From: Octopus sinensis
Taxonomy: Eukaryota
Assembly (NCBI RefSeq): GCF_006345805.1
Contig: NC_043026.1
Location: forward strand, 6,014,001 to 6,078,000
Length of the DNA stretch: 64,000 nucleotides
Reading direction: 5' to 3'
In this document: positions 1 through 12,433 of the stretch, piece by piece
How the letters are laid out: each line of letters opens with the position of its first letter
How positions within the stretch are numbered: position 1 is the first letter of the stretch
The notes under the pieces: model-generated
Databases searched by the model: none
Seen by the model: the letters and a program-made list of their open reading frames with translations, nothing else
Told to the model about the DNA's origin: nothing
Made by a program: the position numbers and the translations under genes

Positions 1-856
1 GTGTGTGTGTGTGCTAGAAATACTGACAGAACAGGCGATTTTTTTACAGCCTAGCTTTTTCTTACGTATCAGGTCACACATGAGGAGGATATTGGGTGAG
101 AGAGAGAGTGGGAGAGGAAGAGATAGACAAAAATAGAGCCAGAGAGGAAGAGAGATAGATAGAGTGAGTGAGAGAGAGAAGAAATGAGAGGGGGTGGGAG
201 AGAGGAAAAAAGGTACATAGAGAGATAGATAGAGTGAGAGAGAGAGAGAAGAAATGAGAGGGGGTGGGAGAGAGGAAGAAAGGTACATAGAGAGATAGAG
301 AGAGAGTGAGAGAGAGAGAAGAAATGAGAGGGGGTGGGAGAGAGGAAGAAAGGTACATAGAGAGATAGAGAGATAGGTAGAGTGAGAGAGAGAGAAGAAA
401 TGAGAGGGGGTGGGAGAGAGGAAAAAAGGTACATAGAGAGATAGATAGAGTGAGAGAGAGAGAAGAAATGAGAGGGGGTGGGAGAGAGGAAGAAAGGTAC
501 ATAGAGATAGAGAGACAAATAGACAAAATAGCAGAAGGATATAGAGATAGACAGACGGTGAAAGAGAGAGACAGACAAATACAGAGAGAAACGGAAACAG
601 TTGATAGACAGAGGAGAGAGAGAAGGAGTGACAAATAGATAGAACGAAACAGAGAGAGAGAGAGAGAGAGAGAGAGTGAGAAAGTGACAAATAGATCGAG
701 TGACAGAGAGAGAGAGATACACAGACGAAAGGAGAGAGAGAAAGGCAGGTAGATATAGGCAGATATAGATATATACATAAATAGAGGGAGAGAGAGAGAG
801 TGTGTGCTGTGGAAGGTAGGAATGTATTTATGGAGTGCGTGGCCAAATAGGATGGC

Positions 857-3800
857 ATGAATTTTCACTTGTGGTCACCCATGTTGATAGTTTACTGTGT
901 CCTCCTGGTGCTGACATGTTTAATAGGGGACCATCTACCTCGGATGAACCATGTCGGGCCCTACATCAACCGTCACTTGCTCCTGAGGGTTGCCATCGAC
1001 AACTTCACCCACGGCATAATCGGATTTCTCTCCTGGGCCATCGTGCTCGACCTCGACTTGTTAGACACCGACTCCAACACGCCTCCTGTTATGTTCCACC
1101 CGTCTTCTGGGTTCGTGCCCACCCGAAGCCTCGTGGATGCCCAGCAGCGTAACCTGCTGGCCTGTTTGTTCTGCATGCTGCTGGCCATGTCCGTGGACGT
1201 TGACCATTTTCTGGCAGCGAGAAGTTTCAGTCTTCAGGTAAGAAACCATTCGAAACAACCTCTACTTGGTCACTAGATTTACTAGAAATAACAGCCAGAG
1301 TAAATGTCCTGGGTGTTAATCTGTTTCTTTACTACCCACAAGGGGCTAAACACAGATGGGGACAAACAAGGACAGACAGAGGGATTAAGTCGATTACATC
1401 GACCCCAGTGCGTAACTGGTACTTAATTTATCGACCCCGAAAGGATGAAAGGCAAAGTCGACCTCTACCTGGCCACTAGATTTACTAGAAATAACAGCCA
1501 GAGTAAATTTCCTGGGTTTAATCTGCTTCTTTATTACCCACAAGGGGCTAAACACAGAGGGGACAAACAAGGACAGACAGAGGGATTAAGTCGATTACAT
1601 CGACCCCAGTACGTAACTGGTACTTAATTTATCGACCCCGAAAGGATGAAAGGCAAAGTCGACCTCTACCTGGCCACTAGATTTACTAGAAATAACAGCC
1701 AGAGTAAATTTCCTGGGTTTAATCTGCTTCTTTATTAACCACAAGGGGCTAAACACAGATGGGGACAAACAAGGACAGACAGAGGGATTAAGTCGATTAC
1801 ATCGACCCCAGTGCGTAACTGGTACTTAATTTATCGACCCCGAAAGGATGAAAGGCAAAGTCGACCTCGGTGGAATTTGAACTCAGGACGTAACGGCAGA
1901 CGTTCCTGGGGTTAATCATAAAATATTGACAACCAGAACCACAACAGGACCTGCTATTTTGCTGATAATGGAATGGTTAACTCGGTTTCGAATCCTGACA
2001 TACCTGCACAAATGGCCAAATGTGTCACCCCCCACGATTTTATTTCCTCGTAACTTCCAGAAAATTCGATATTTTTAAATGAAATTTTATATAAATACAC
2101 TTCAGATCGTATAAATTCCGATTATATCGGAATTTGTGGCGAAAAAAATTCTCTTTTTCTGATGGTGGGGCGAGAAGTTTCGGAGATTTCACACGAATAG
2201 GCTTTGTTTCCATATAACTTTCAGAAAATTTGATAATTTTTTATGTAATTTTCTACAAATACTTTTCCGACTGTGTATATTAGGATTACATCGGAATTTA
2301 AAGGGAGAAAAAAATGGTACTTCACACACATACTTACTGACACACGTCACATAATCTACAAAATAGAAACTTAAACGTACAAATTCACCAATTATTATTA
2401 TTATTATTATTCAAATTAAATGCCTATATAATCTTAATTACACCATCTGAAAGATAATTACAGAAAATCTCATAAAAAAATGACCCATTTCTAAAAGTTA
2501 CGAGGTGGGGCACATTTATGTAGTTATGCCCAAATCCTTTGTGTTTAGTTTAAGTCCCGGTTAACATGTAGTTTAGCGTCGTAAATTTCATAAACACAGG
2601 GACCTAGTTTATTATGTTACCTTCTAGCGATAGCATGGGCATTTCTGAAATAACTGCTGAGGGTACACCTCTGTAGCATAACATATAATCTTAAATATAC
2701 CTAACAACCAATACCAGTGAAAAACCACGGGGACATGTGTGATATCTAATGGGGTTCAGCTCCTTACATTTGATAACCGATGGGCTGGGCTTCCTGTGTT
2801 AGTTTCGGCCACATATCTAGTTGTGAAATTGTTAAACATTTTTTAAATATTGTTGATCCAGTGAGAGTATCCATATACAAGGGTGAGAGATGTTCGCACA
2901 GAAGAAGACCCAGGTAGGAATGTGTAAGGGGTGAAACTTTAATAACATCGTATCTGTATACTCTTTTACTTGTTTCAGTCATTTGACTGCGGCCATGCTG
3001 GGGCACCGCCTTTTAGTCGAGCAACTCGACCCCGGGACTTATTCTTTTTGTAAGCCCAGTACTTATTCTATCGGTCTCTTTTGCCGAACCGCTAAGTGAC
3101 GGGGACATAAACACACCAGCATTGGTTGTCAAGCAATGCTAGAGGGACAAACACAAACACACAAACATACACACATATATATATATACATATATACGACG
3201 GGCTTCTTTCAGTTTCCGTCTACCAAATCCACTCACAAGGCTTTGGTCGGCCCGAGGTTATAGTAGAAGACACTTGCCCAAGGTGCCACGCAGTGGGACT
3301 GAACCCGGAACCATGTGGTTGGTAAGCAAGCTACTTACCACACAGCCACTCCTGCGCCTATATGATGATTATATGTTACAAAGTAAGTTCGGAGACGGTG
3401 AAAAAAAACTATAAGTATATTCTAATCATTGTTTTCCTGTTGGATAAATATATTCGAGGCTCCGAGGAAGCCATAAAGAGTTATTTGGACACTCGACCTA
3501 TGAGTTCACAGCACCTTGTAGCAGAAACAACTGTAAGGCCTTCATATTTCTAGGATATTGATCTGCCTGGTAAACATAAATGCCGCCGAGGTCGACTTGG
3601 CCTTTCGTTATCCTAGGGCTTGATAAAATAAACTAGTTGTTCTTTCATTCTGAGTTCAAATCCCGCCGAGGTCGACTTGGCCTTTCGTCATCCTAGGGCT
3701 TGATAAAATAAACTAGTTGTTCTTTCATTCTGAGTTCAAATCCCGCCGAGGTCGACTTGGCCTTTCGTCATCCTAGGGCTTGATAAAATAAACTAGTTGT

Positions 3801-5773
3801 TCTTTATTTCTGAGTTCAAATCCCGCCGAGGTCGACTTGGCCTTTCGTCATCCTAGGGCTTGATAAAATAAACTAGTTGTTCTTTCATTCTGAGTTCAAA
3901 TCCCGCCGAGGTCGACTTAGCCTTTCGTCACTCTTGGGATGTAAACAAGTCAACACCGGTTGTCAAGCGCTGGTGAGGGACACACGGACACATACATACA
4001 CACTTTCAGTTTCTTTTCTACCAAATCCCTTCGCCTGGCTTTTTGGTTTCGATTCGAGACCACAATAGAACAATACTCGGCCCAGGGTGTCACGCAGTGG
4101 GACGGAATCCACTTCAGAAGCCAGTCTTGTCACACAAACACACACGCACTTGCATGTATAGGTGTGTCTATGTGTATGTGTGTGTATGTTTGTGTATATG
4201 TGTGTGTCTGTGTTTGTGTCCGTGTGTATGTATTTGTGTGTGATTATGTGAGTGTATGTGTGTGTGTGTGTTTGTTTGTGTTTGTGGCTGTGCTTGTATG
4301 TGTGTCTGTGTTTGTGTGTGTGTATTTGTATGTGTGTGTGTGTATTTGTATGTGTGTGTTTGTGTGTATGTATTTGTTTGTGTCTGTGTGTACGTATTTG
4401 TGTGTGTATGTGTGTTTGTGTATATGTGTGTGTGTGTGTCCGTGTGAGTGTATGTATTTGTGTGTGTCTGTGGCTGTGTGTGTGTGTGTGTGTGTGTTAG
4501 AAGACCAGTTGGTGTCAACGCCTCGTCTTCAAAGATGTCCACAGATCTACGTTTTTAAAAGCAAAAATAACTTCGCAGTCCGCCAAACTAAGTTTTACAA
4601 GCTTACATATTTCGACAACATCAACGTAGAACATTCTAATCAAGGATGGGCATGGCTGGACTACTTTTTATCACAAACTGAACTTAATCACGACTGACCG
4701 GGGTGGGGCGTAAAATACCTCTTTGTTGAGTTACTTCCCTTTATGTTCTGGGTTCGATTTCCGACAAGGCAGATTTTGGCCCTCAATACTTTTATCGGGG
4801 TTCAATAAAGTTAATTATCGATCAAATACTGGTGTTCATTATAATCAGCAAATCATCCCCTCCCCCCATATTTATGATTTGGAGCCAGTAAAAGATACCG
4901 ATATTACTTTGGTTTTTGACTGGGGCCTATATGACCCTTAAGGGTCAGTGTTAGATTTTATCGTTAAAGTTTATGAACTAAATTGGTTATACTTTAACAA
5001 TGCGTAAAATATTTCAACAATTCACTTGCCCAAGGTGCCACACAGTGGGACTGGACCCTTTACCAACCACATGATTCCGGGTTCATTCCCACTGCGTGGC
5101 ACCTTGGGCAAGTGTCTTCTGCTATAGCCCCGGGCCGACCAATGCCTTGTGAGTGGATTTGGTAGACGGAAACTGAAAGAAGCCCGTCGTATATATGTGT
5201 GCGTGTGTGTGTGTGTGTGTATGTTTGTGTGTCTGTGTTTGTCCCCCCCAACATCGCTCGACAACCGATGCTGGTGTGTTTACATCCCTGTAACTTAGCG
5301 GTTCGGCAAAAGGGGCCGATAGAATGAGTACTTGGTGGTGGTGGTGATTATGATGATGATGATGATGATATTTATATGTAGATGTATTCATTGTGTCTTT
5401 TATTTTCACCCCCCACCTCTTCTTTCTCTTGCAGGATGCCCTCAGTTTGCCTTCAAGACCTCCATTCCATTGCACCACCCTGATTCCGGTTGTGGTGGCC
5501 TCATCCCTCCTCATGACATATGCCTTTCATTCAAGACAGTTTTGCCGGTGCTTCAAATTCAGCCTCCTCTTCCTCACAGCATGTCTCTCTCATCACATTC
5601 GGGACGCTCGCCGCCACGGCCTGTGGCTCTGGCCGTTCGGCGCCACCCCTCCTTTACCATACATGGTCTACATCCTGTGCACACTCCTCTTACCAGTCGC
5701 TGTTAAATTCTGTCACAATACTTTATTTATAGAGAACCAACCAACTCATCAGGGATCCGTACAAATACTTTGA
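857..5773 (+). CDS. TMEM267: Transmembrane protein 267 (C5orf28 homolog); exons 857..1237 + 5435..5773, 239 aa
   Basis: Exon 1 has DNFTHGIIGFLSWAIV and SVDVDHFLAARSFSLQ, then donor CAG|GTAAG at 1238. Exon 2 follows a pyrimidine tract and GCAG|, in phase 0: DALSLPSRPPFHCTTLIP...SHHIRDARRHGLWLWPFGATPPLP. These match the remembered human TMEM267 motifs (DNAVH, DVDHF, SHHIRDGIRHGLWICPFG). Confidence 0.93.
1262..1900. repeat. Local ~200-bp tandem triplication containing a SINE B body
   Basis: CACTAGATTTACTAGAAATAACAGCCAGAG plus a B body, repeated 3 times. Confidence 0.85.
2960..3362 (-). mobile_element. tRNA-derived SINE, family A (full length)
   Basis: Head GGCGCAGGAGTGGCTGTGTGGTAAG...GGTTCAGTCCC, central TTGGGCAAGTG block, internal (TA)/(TG) run and (AGTAAAAG) tail. 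Many other copies, e.g. 5027-5335 +, 6800-7210 -, 7800-8210 -, 8840-9225 -, 36520-36885 -. Confidence 0.85.
3586..3930. repeat. 80-bp minisatellite x5 derived from the SINE B core
   Basis: GTCGAC at 3591, 3671, 3751, 3831 and 3911. Confidence 0.9.
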
Positions 5774-6309
5774 TTGTAGAAATATTCATGGGTTTTCATT
5801 GTCTGACACTGGGCTGTTACATACATACATACTATATATATATATGTATATATACATATACATCTAGACTAATATTGAGCAGTGAGGCTGAGTGCTCAGC
5901 ACCCATATTTATAAATGTTTATATTTACACCTACATACACATATATTGAACAATTGTGAAGATCACTTCACGTGAAACCATTGGTTGCCTTGTAAACTCA
6001 CAAATAAAGTATATATATATATATATATATATATGTAAAACTTACTTGGAAAAGGATGTGTGGTGTTCTTACCTTTGAAACGCGGATTAGACAAAACAGG
6101 GACAACTGAAGAAGGGGAATATTCCTTGTGTTGTATCTCTTGTACTCTGTTTTTTCATTGTTTTTGAAAAAAAAGTTCGTTTCCATGTTTTTGTTTTTTA
6201 TGTTTTCGTTTCTCATGTGTTCAACGTTTTTTTGATGTCCTGTACCCATATATGCTTGTGTATATATACATATATATGTATGTATATATGCATATATTTA
6301 TATATTATT

Positions 6310-6366
<57 letters not shown>

Positions 6367-6379
6367 TATATACACATAT

Positions 6380-6769
6380 ACATATATATATATAAAGCTG
6401 AAGTTGTCTGTGTATAGCAGGTTTGGCAGCTTTCAACTAACACTATCTCCTCCAAGACCCTGCGGCACAAGTTGACCAAAGTTGAGAGTATGATAGAAGA
6501 AGGCTTGCCTCTTCCTTCTGTACAAGATAAAATTCAAATCGGACCATGTTAACACCAAAATTTATTTACATCAAAATAGGTGGGTTTTTTTCTTTGAAAA
6601 TCCCTATTTTTTTAAAGGATTTTTTGACTGCTGTGTCGCCATTTTTCGGTGTATTTCTACCAGAAAAATGTTCACTTAAAGAGAATAACAAGCTACATAA
6701 TGCAAAATTTTTACTTTTCAAAAATTCCAATTCTACAGGGTCGAAACAAACCCAAGCAATGCTGTCACG

Positions 6770-6801
<32 letters not shown>

Positions 6802-8330
6802 CTCTTTTACTCTTTTACTCTTTAACTTGTTTGCAGTCATTTGACTGCGGCCATCTGCGGAGCACCGCCTTTAATCGAGCAACTCGACCCCGGACTTATT
6901 CTTTTGTAAGCCCAGTACTTATTCTATCGGTCTCTTTTGCCGAAGCGCTAAGTAACGGGGACATAAGCACACCAGCATCGATTGTCAAGCAAGTGCTAGG
7001 AGAACAAACACAGACACACATATATATATATATACATACATATATACGACGGGCTTCTTTCAGTTTCCGTCTACAAATCCACTCCACAATGCTTTGGTCG
7101 CCCGAGGCTATAGTAGAAGACACTTACCCAAGTGCCACGCAGTGGGACTGAACCCGGAACCATGCGGTTGGTAAACAAGCTACTTACCGCACAGCCACTC
7201 CTGCGCCTATATATAGGCTTTGGTCGGCCCGAGGCTATAGTAGAAGACACTTACCCAATGCCATGCAGTGGGACTGAACCCGGAACCATGTGGTTTGTAA
7301 ACAAGCTACTTATCACACAGCCGCTCCTGCGCCTATATATATATATATATATAATATAAATATATATATATACACATATACATATATATATATAAAGCTG
7401 AAGTTGTCTGTGTATAGCAGGTTTGGCAGCTTTCAACTAACACTATCTCCTCCAAGACCCTGCGGCACAAGTTGACCAAAGTTGAGAGTATGATAGAAGA
7501 AGGCTTGCTCTTCCTTCTGTACAAGATAAAATTCAAATCGGACCATGTTAACACCAAAATTTATTTACATCAAAAAGGTGGGTTTTTTTTCTTTGAAAAT
7601 CCCTATTTTTTTAAAGGATTTTTTGACTGCTGTGTCGCCATTTTTCGGTGTATTTCTACCAGAAAAATGTTCACTTAAAGAGAATAACAAGCTACATAAT
7701 GCAAAATTTTTACTTTTCAAAAATTCCAATTCTAAAGGGTCGAAACAAACCCAAGCAATGCTGATCACGGTGATATATATATATATATATATATATATAC
7801 TCTTTACTCTTTTACTCTTTTACTTGTTTCAGTCATTTGACTGCGGCCATGCTGGAGCACCGCCTTTAATCGAGCAACTCGACCCCGGGACTTATTCTTT
7901 TGTAAGCCCAGTACTTATTCTATCGGTCTCTTTTGCCGAAGCGCTAAGTAACGGGGACATAAGCACACCAGCATCGATTGTCAAGCAATGCTAGGAGAAC
8001 AAACACAGACACACATATATATATATATACATACATATATACGACGGGCTTCTTTCAGTTTCCGTCTACCAAATCCACTCACAAGGCTTTGGTCGGCCCG
8101 AGGCTATAGTAGAAGACACTTACCCAAGGTGCCACGCAGTGGGACTGAACCCGGAACCATGCGGTTGGTAAACAAGCTACTTACCGCACAGCCACTCCTG
8201 CGCCTATATATAGGCTTTGGTCGGCCCGAGGCTATAGTAGAAGACACTTACCCAAGGTGCCATGCAGTGGGACTGAACCCGGAACCATGTGGTTGGTAAA
8301 CAAGCTACTTATCACACAGCCGCTCCTGCG

Positions 8331-8340
<10 letters not shown>
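6380..8340. repeat. ~1-kb tandem duplication (Helitron-like fragment + SINE A + partial SINE A head)
   Basis: AAAGCTGAAGTTGTCTGTGTATAGC near 6393 and 7392, with colinear sequence throughout. Confidence 0.85.
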
Positions 8341-8377
<37 letters not shown>

Positions 8378-9380
8378 ATATGTTACATTACTTGATAGTC
8401 AAGATAATCTTGACTATTGAGTAATGTAACATATTGTATAGATAAATTTCCTCTATTTACATAATATTGAGGTCTCTTTCTTTCTTTTGTTATCTTACCG
8501 TTTTACCAATATATATATATATATATATATATCAAAAATGGAGGAAAAGTAACAGGAAGAAGTTGGTCATTTGCGCTAGTAAGCCATTAATTTAATTAAT
8601 TCATAAAGAATTAATGGCTTACTAACGCAAACAACCAACTTTTTCTTGTTATTTTCCCTCCATTTTCTTCTTGCATATAATTTAAACTATGGTTTACCTG
8701 CTGAATTACCTGCTACCGAATACCTTTTACCAAGGACCGTACCTACGCAGCTAATCACCAGGTGCGCCTTTGGATTTAACCATCCCTTAGTGATTTTAAA
8801 CACCTCTAACCTATACCTACATATTCTTTTCTTTTTTATTCTTTTACTTGTTCAGTCATTTGACTGTGGCCATGCTGGAGCACCACCTTAGTCGAGCAAA
8901 TCGACCCGGGACTTATTCTTTGTAAGTCCAGTACTTATTCTATCGGTCTCTTTTGCCGAACCGCTAAGTGACGTAAACACACCAGCATCGGTTGTCAAGC
9001 AATGCTAGGGGGACAAACACAGACACACAAACACACACATATATATATATACATATATACGACAGGCTTCTTTCAGTTTCCGTCTACCAAATCCACTCAC
9101 AAGGCATTGGTCGGCCCGGGGCTATAGCAGAAGACACTTGCCCAAGATGCCATGCAGTGGGACTGAACCCGGAACCATGTGGTTTGTTAGCAAGCTACTT
9201 ACCACACAGCCACTCCTGCGCCTCATCATCATCATCATCATCATCATTTAACGTCTGCTTTCCATGCTAGCATGGGTTGGATGATATATATATATATATA
9301 TTCAAAATGTGACCGCGTGTGTACCGTTGGCGATTTTTTTCCCTCCGTCTTCCCTTCTTTGGATCTTACCTTTTCCTATG

Positions 9381-9608
9381 TTTCTGACGAAGAGCTCCAC
9401 TCGAAACATTAAATCCTCCTTCTTGTTCCACGTCCTTGCGTTGCTGTGTTTTCTCTTTGTATTTTCATATTTGGATTAACTTTATATATATATATATGTA
9501 TGTATGTATGTATGATAGACCGTTAGCCCCTACACGCAATTTTTTTTCTCTCCTTGTTTCTTTTCTGTGTATCTTTCTGTCGAAGAGCGTAGGCTCGAAA
9601 CGTAAAAG
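9381..9608 (+). ncRNA. Two tandem hammerhead-like motifs in a Penelope-like terminal-repeat remnant (9381..9413, 9573..9608)
   Basis: TTT-CTGACGA-A-GAG..CTC-GAAAC-ATT-AAA and CTTT-CTGTCGA-A-GAGC GTAG GCTC-GAAAC-GTA-AAAG. Confidence 0.6.
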
Positions 9609-10119
9609 ACTTGTTCTATTTCTATTCCTGAGCTAATACATTTGTTTGTTTGTACTCCACCTGCCTTCGTCTTTTGATTATTTTCGTAAACCTTCCCATT
9701 ATGTATGTATGTATGTCTATATATGAATGTAATTAGGTAAAATTGTGTCTGATGATGTAAGGTAATTAGTGCAGAATTTTAGATGCTCTCGGTTGACTTG
9801 CTGCTGAAATCCACAGCTTGGTCACGCATGAATTGAAACTACAAACAAAGACACTACACATGCCCTGTGACAATTAGCTATAGTCTACCTTTCAGTTGAA
9901 CAGGTGACTTCTACAATCGAATATACAATATGAGCACAAAACTCACAGGTTAGCAGGTCAGCCTAGCATTCTATTTTTTTACCTTTAAATATCTGAGGTT
10001 GAATAACAGCATTCTTTTAATTCCTTCTTGCAGCCCTTCCTTCCTCATGATCTGTACCCTTAAAATAATTTAACCTGAGAACCAATTGTTTCTGCCTGTT
10101 TCTGCTTTTCTTCTATCAT

Positions 10120-10530
10120 ATACATACATACATACATATATGTGCCGGTGGCACATAAAAAGCGCCATCCGAACGTGGCCGATGCCAGCGCCACCTCGAC
10201 TGGCTTCTGTGTCGGTGGCACATAAAAAGCACCATCCGAATGTGGCCGATGCCAGCGCCGCCTTGGCTGGCTTCCGTGCCGGTGGCACGTTAAAAGCACC
10301 AACTGATCGTGGCCGATGCCAGACTCCCCTGGCACCTGTGACGGTGGCACATAAAAAGCACCCATTACACTCGCGGAGTGGTTGGCGTTAGTAAGGGCAT
10401 CCAGCTGTAGAAACACTACCAGATCTGACTGGAGCCTGGTGCAGCCCCTGGCTTCCCAGACCCTGGTCGACCGTCCAACCCGTGCTAGCGCGGAAAACGG
10501 ATGTTAAACGATGATGATGATGATGATGAT
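10120..10530 (+). mobile_element. Family C (RTE 3'UTR) repeat with tandem GTGCC-NNN-GGCAC hairpin modules
   Basis: Other copies at about 11190-11605, 12670-12880, 15255-15515, 42750-43050, 43990-44440, 50180-50400, 51085-51520, 54990-55385 and 57965-58500. Confidence 0.75.
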
Positions 10531-10941
10531 GATATATATATATATAAATTATTTACATGTTTTTAAGTTATGAAACAATTTGTTGTGATATTAGAACTTT
10601 CTTATTGTTTAATGAAATTTCATCAAACTATTTTTCTGTAATTTATGATTTTATATGAGAGTATATATACACATATACAGCCTGTAAGGCAGCAATCTGG
10701 CAGAAACGTTAGCATGCCGGGCCAAATGTTCAGCAGTATTTTGTCTGTTGCTATGTGCTGAGTTCAAATTATTGGCTAAACTGGCAAAATGACCATTCTG
10801 AAATATAACAATATATAGGGAGAATTCATGAAAAAAACAAAAGACGAAGACAGGTGGTGTACAAAATAAACAGATGTATTAGTATAACAGATGTATTAGT
10901 ATAACAGATGTATTAGTATAACACTTGGGAAGTGAAAAAGT

Positions 10942-10977
10942 CTTTTATGTTTCGAGCCTACGCTCTTCTACAGAAAG
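10942..10977 (-). ncRNA. Hammerhead-like motif, same family as 9573..9608
   Basis: Reverse strand reads CTTT-CTGTAGA-A-GAGC GTAG GCTC-GAAAC-ATA-AAAG. Confidence 0.55.
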
Positions 10978-11011
10978 GGACACAGAAAATACAAGGAGAG
11001 AAACATATGTG

Positions 11012-11046
<35 letters not shown>

Positions 11047-12433
11047 CCTTACTGCTTATTTTGATTATAATCACCCTATTTTGAATTATATGGATAATAC
11101 CATACTAAATTCTGGTGCCTTTAACTTAAGTACCATATTCAACTGAATCTAAATTTTACTGAACTTATATATATACACACATATATACAAGCATGATCGT
11201 TGCCAGAGCAACAAGCTGGCCTCCGTGCTGGTGGCACGTAAGAAACACCATTCGAGCGTGACCGTTACCTGCGTCACCTTACTGGCACTTGTGCTGGTGG
11301 CACGTGAATAAACATTTGAGCGAGGTCGTTGCCAGTGCCGCTGGACAGGCTCCTGTGCAGGTGGCACGTAAAAAGATACCATCTGAGTGTAGCTGTTGCC
11401 AGTACCACCTGACTGGCCCTCGTGCCAGTGACATGTAAAAGTACCAACTACATTCTCGGAGTGGTTGGCATTAGGAAGGGCATCCAGCTGTAGAAACTCT
11501 GCCAGATCAAGATTGGAGCCTGGTGCAGCCATCTGGTTTGCCAGTCCTCAGTCAAATCATCCAACCCATGCTAGCATGGAAAGCAGACATTAAAACGATG
11601 ATGATATCAATAAAATAAAAGCATAAAAAATAAGAAATAAATATATAAAAAACATGAAAATATAATAAGGGAAACCATGAAAGTAGAAAGTATATTAAAG
11701 TATGCGATTAAAAAGGATCAGTCCAAACCTACAGCCATTTCATAAAAGTATTTAGGGGCTGTAGGATATAGTCCAAATTCAGCTCCCTGAATACTAGCTA
11801 GCCCTGTGCCATCAAAAATGACAGCTAATTGTAGTATTTTATATATGGATATGGATGGTACCTCTATTAATTTTGAAACAGGTTCCACAGGGAGTTTTGA
11901 TCGGTCAAATGTTTTTGCAAATCATGACCCTGGATATAGTGACCTGATTGTTAAATATTCCTGCTACATATTAATTCAACAAAATATATAAGTCTCTGAC
12001 TTTGCATGAAGAATTCGTAGAAGCTGACTTCATGTAAAAATATCAGGAAACTAATGTATTTGTGTGTGAGATATTTTTTCTATAAACATCCAAAGAGGTG
12101 GCCATACGCACCCTTGTGGATCTCCAACGCCTAAACTGACAGATTTTGACTTGGCACCATTTACATGAATACAAACATTCGAGCATTTGTCAAGGGATTT
12201 CACGGCAACAAGGGGTTTCCCAATGACTCCAAACTCCTGAACAACAGATGGAATGGTCACAATTGGATCATCTTTAATCATAAGTTTACTGGGTCATAGC
12301 TGACTTGGAGCAAAACCACAACAAGATTCTTAGGTTTCCGGAACAAAACAACATCACAGCCATATTGTATGACTGTGAAAAGAAACAGTTTGATTGGTTG
12401 TTTTCTTTATACAGTCATTGATAATCCTGCCAC

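Noticed and set aside
69-868. Long S/L-rich ORFs on the - strand
   Set aside because: Translations of a GA microsatellite tract; no splice or homology support.
3136-3414. Recurrent ORFs containing [15 protein letters not shown]...[18 protein letters not shown]
   Set aside because: Antisense reading of SINE family A, repeated at many loci; not a protein family.
6075-6130. CTGAAGA and GAAAC motifs suggesting a hammerhead (also the remnant at 40021-40056)
   Set aside because: At 6075-6130 the motifs are in the wrong order or incomplete. At 40021 the CUGANGA core is missing.
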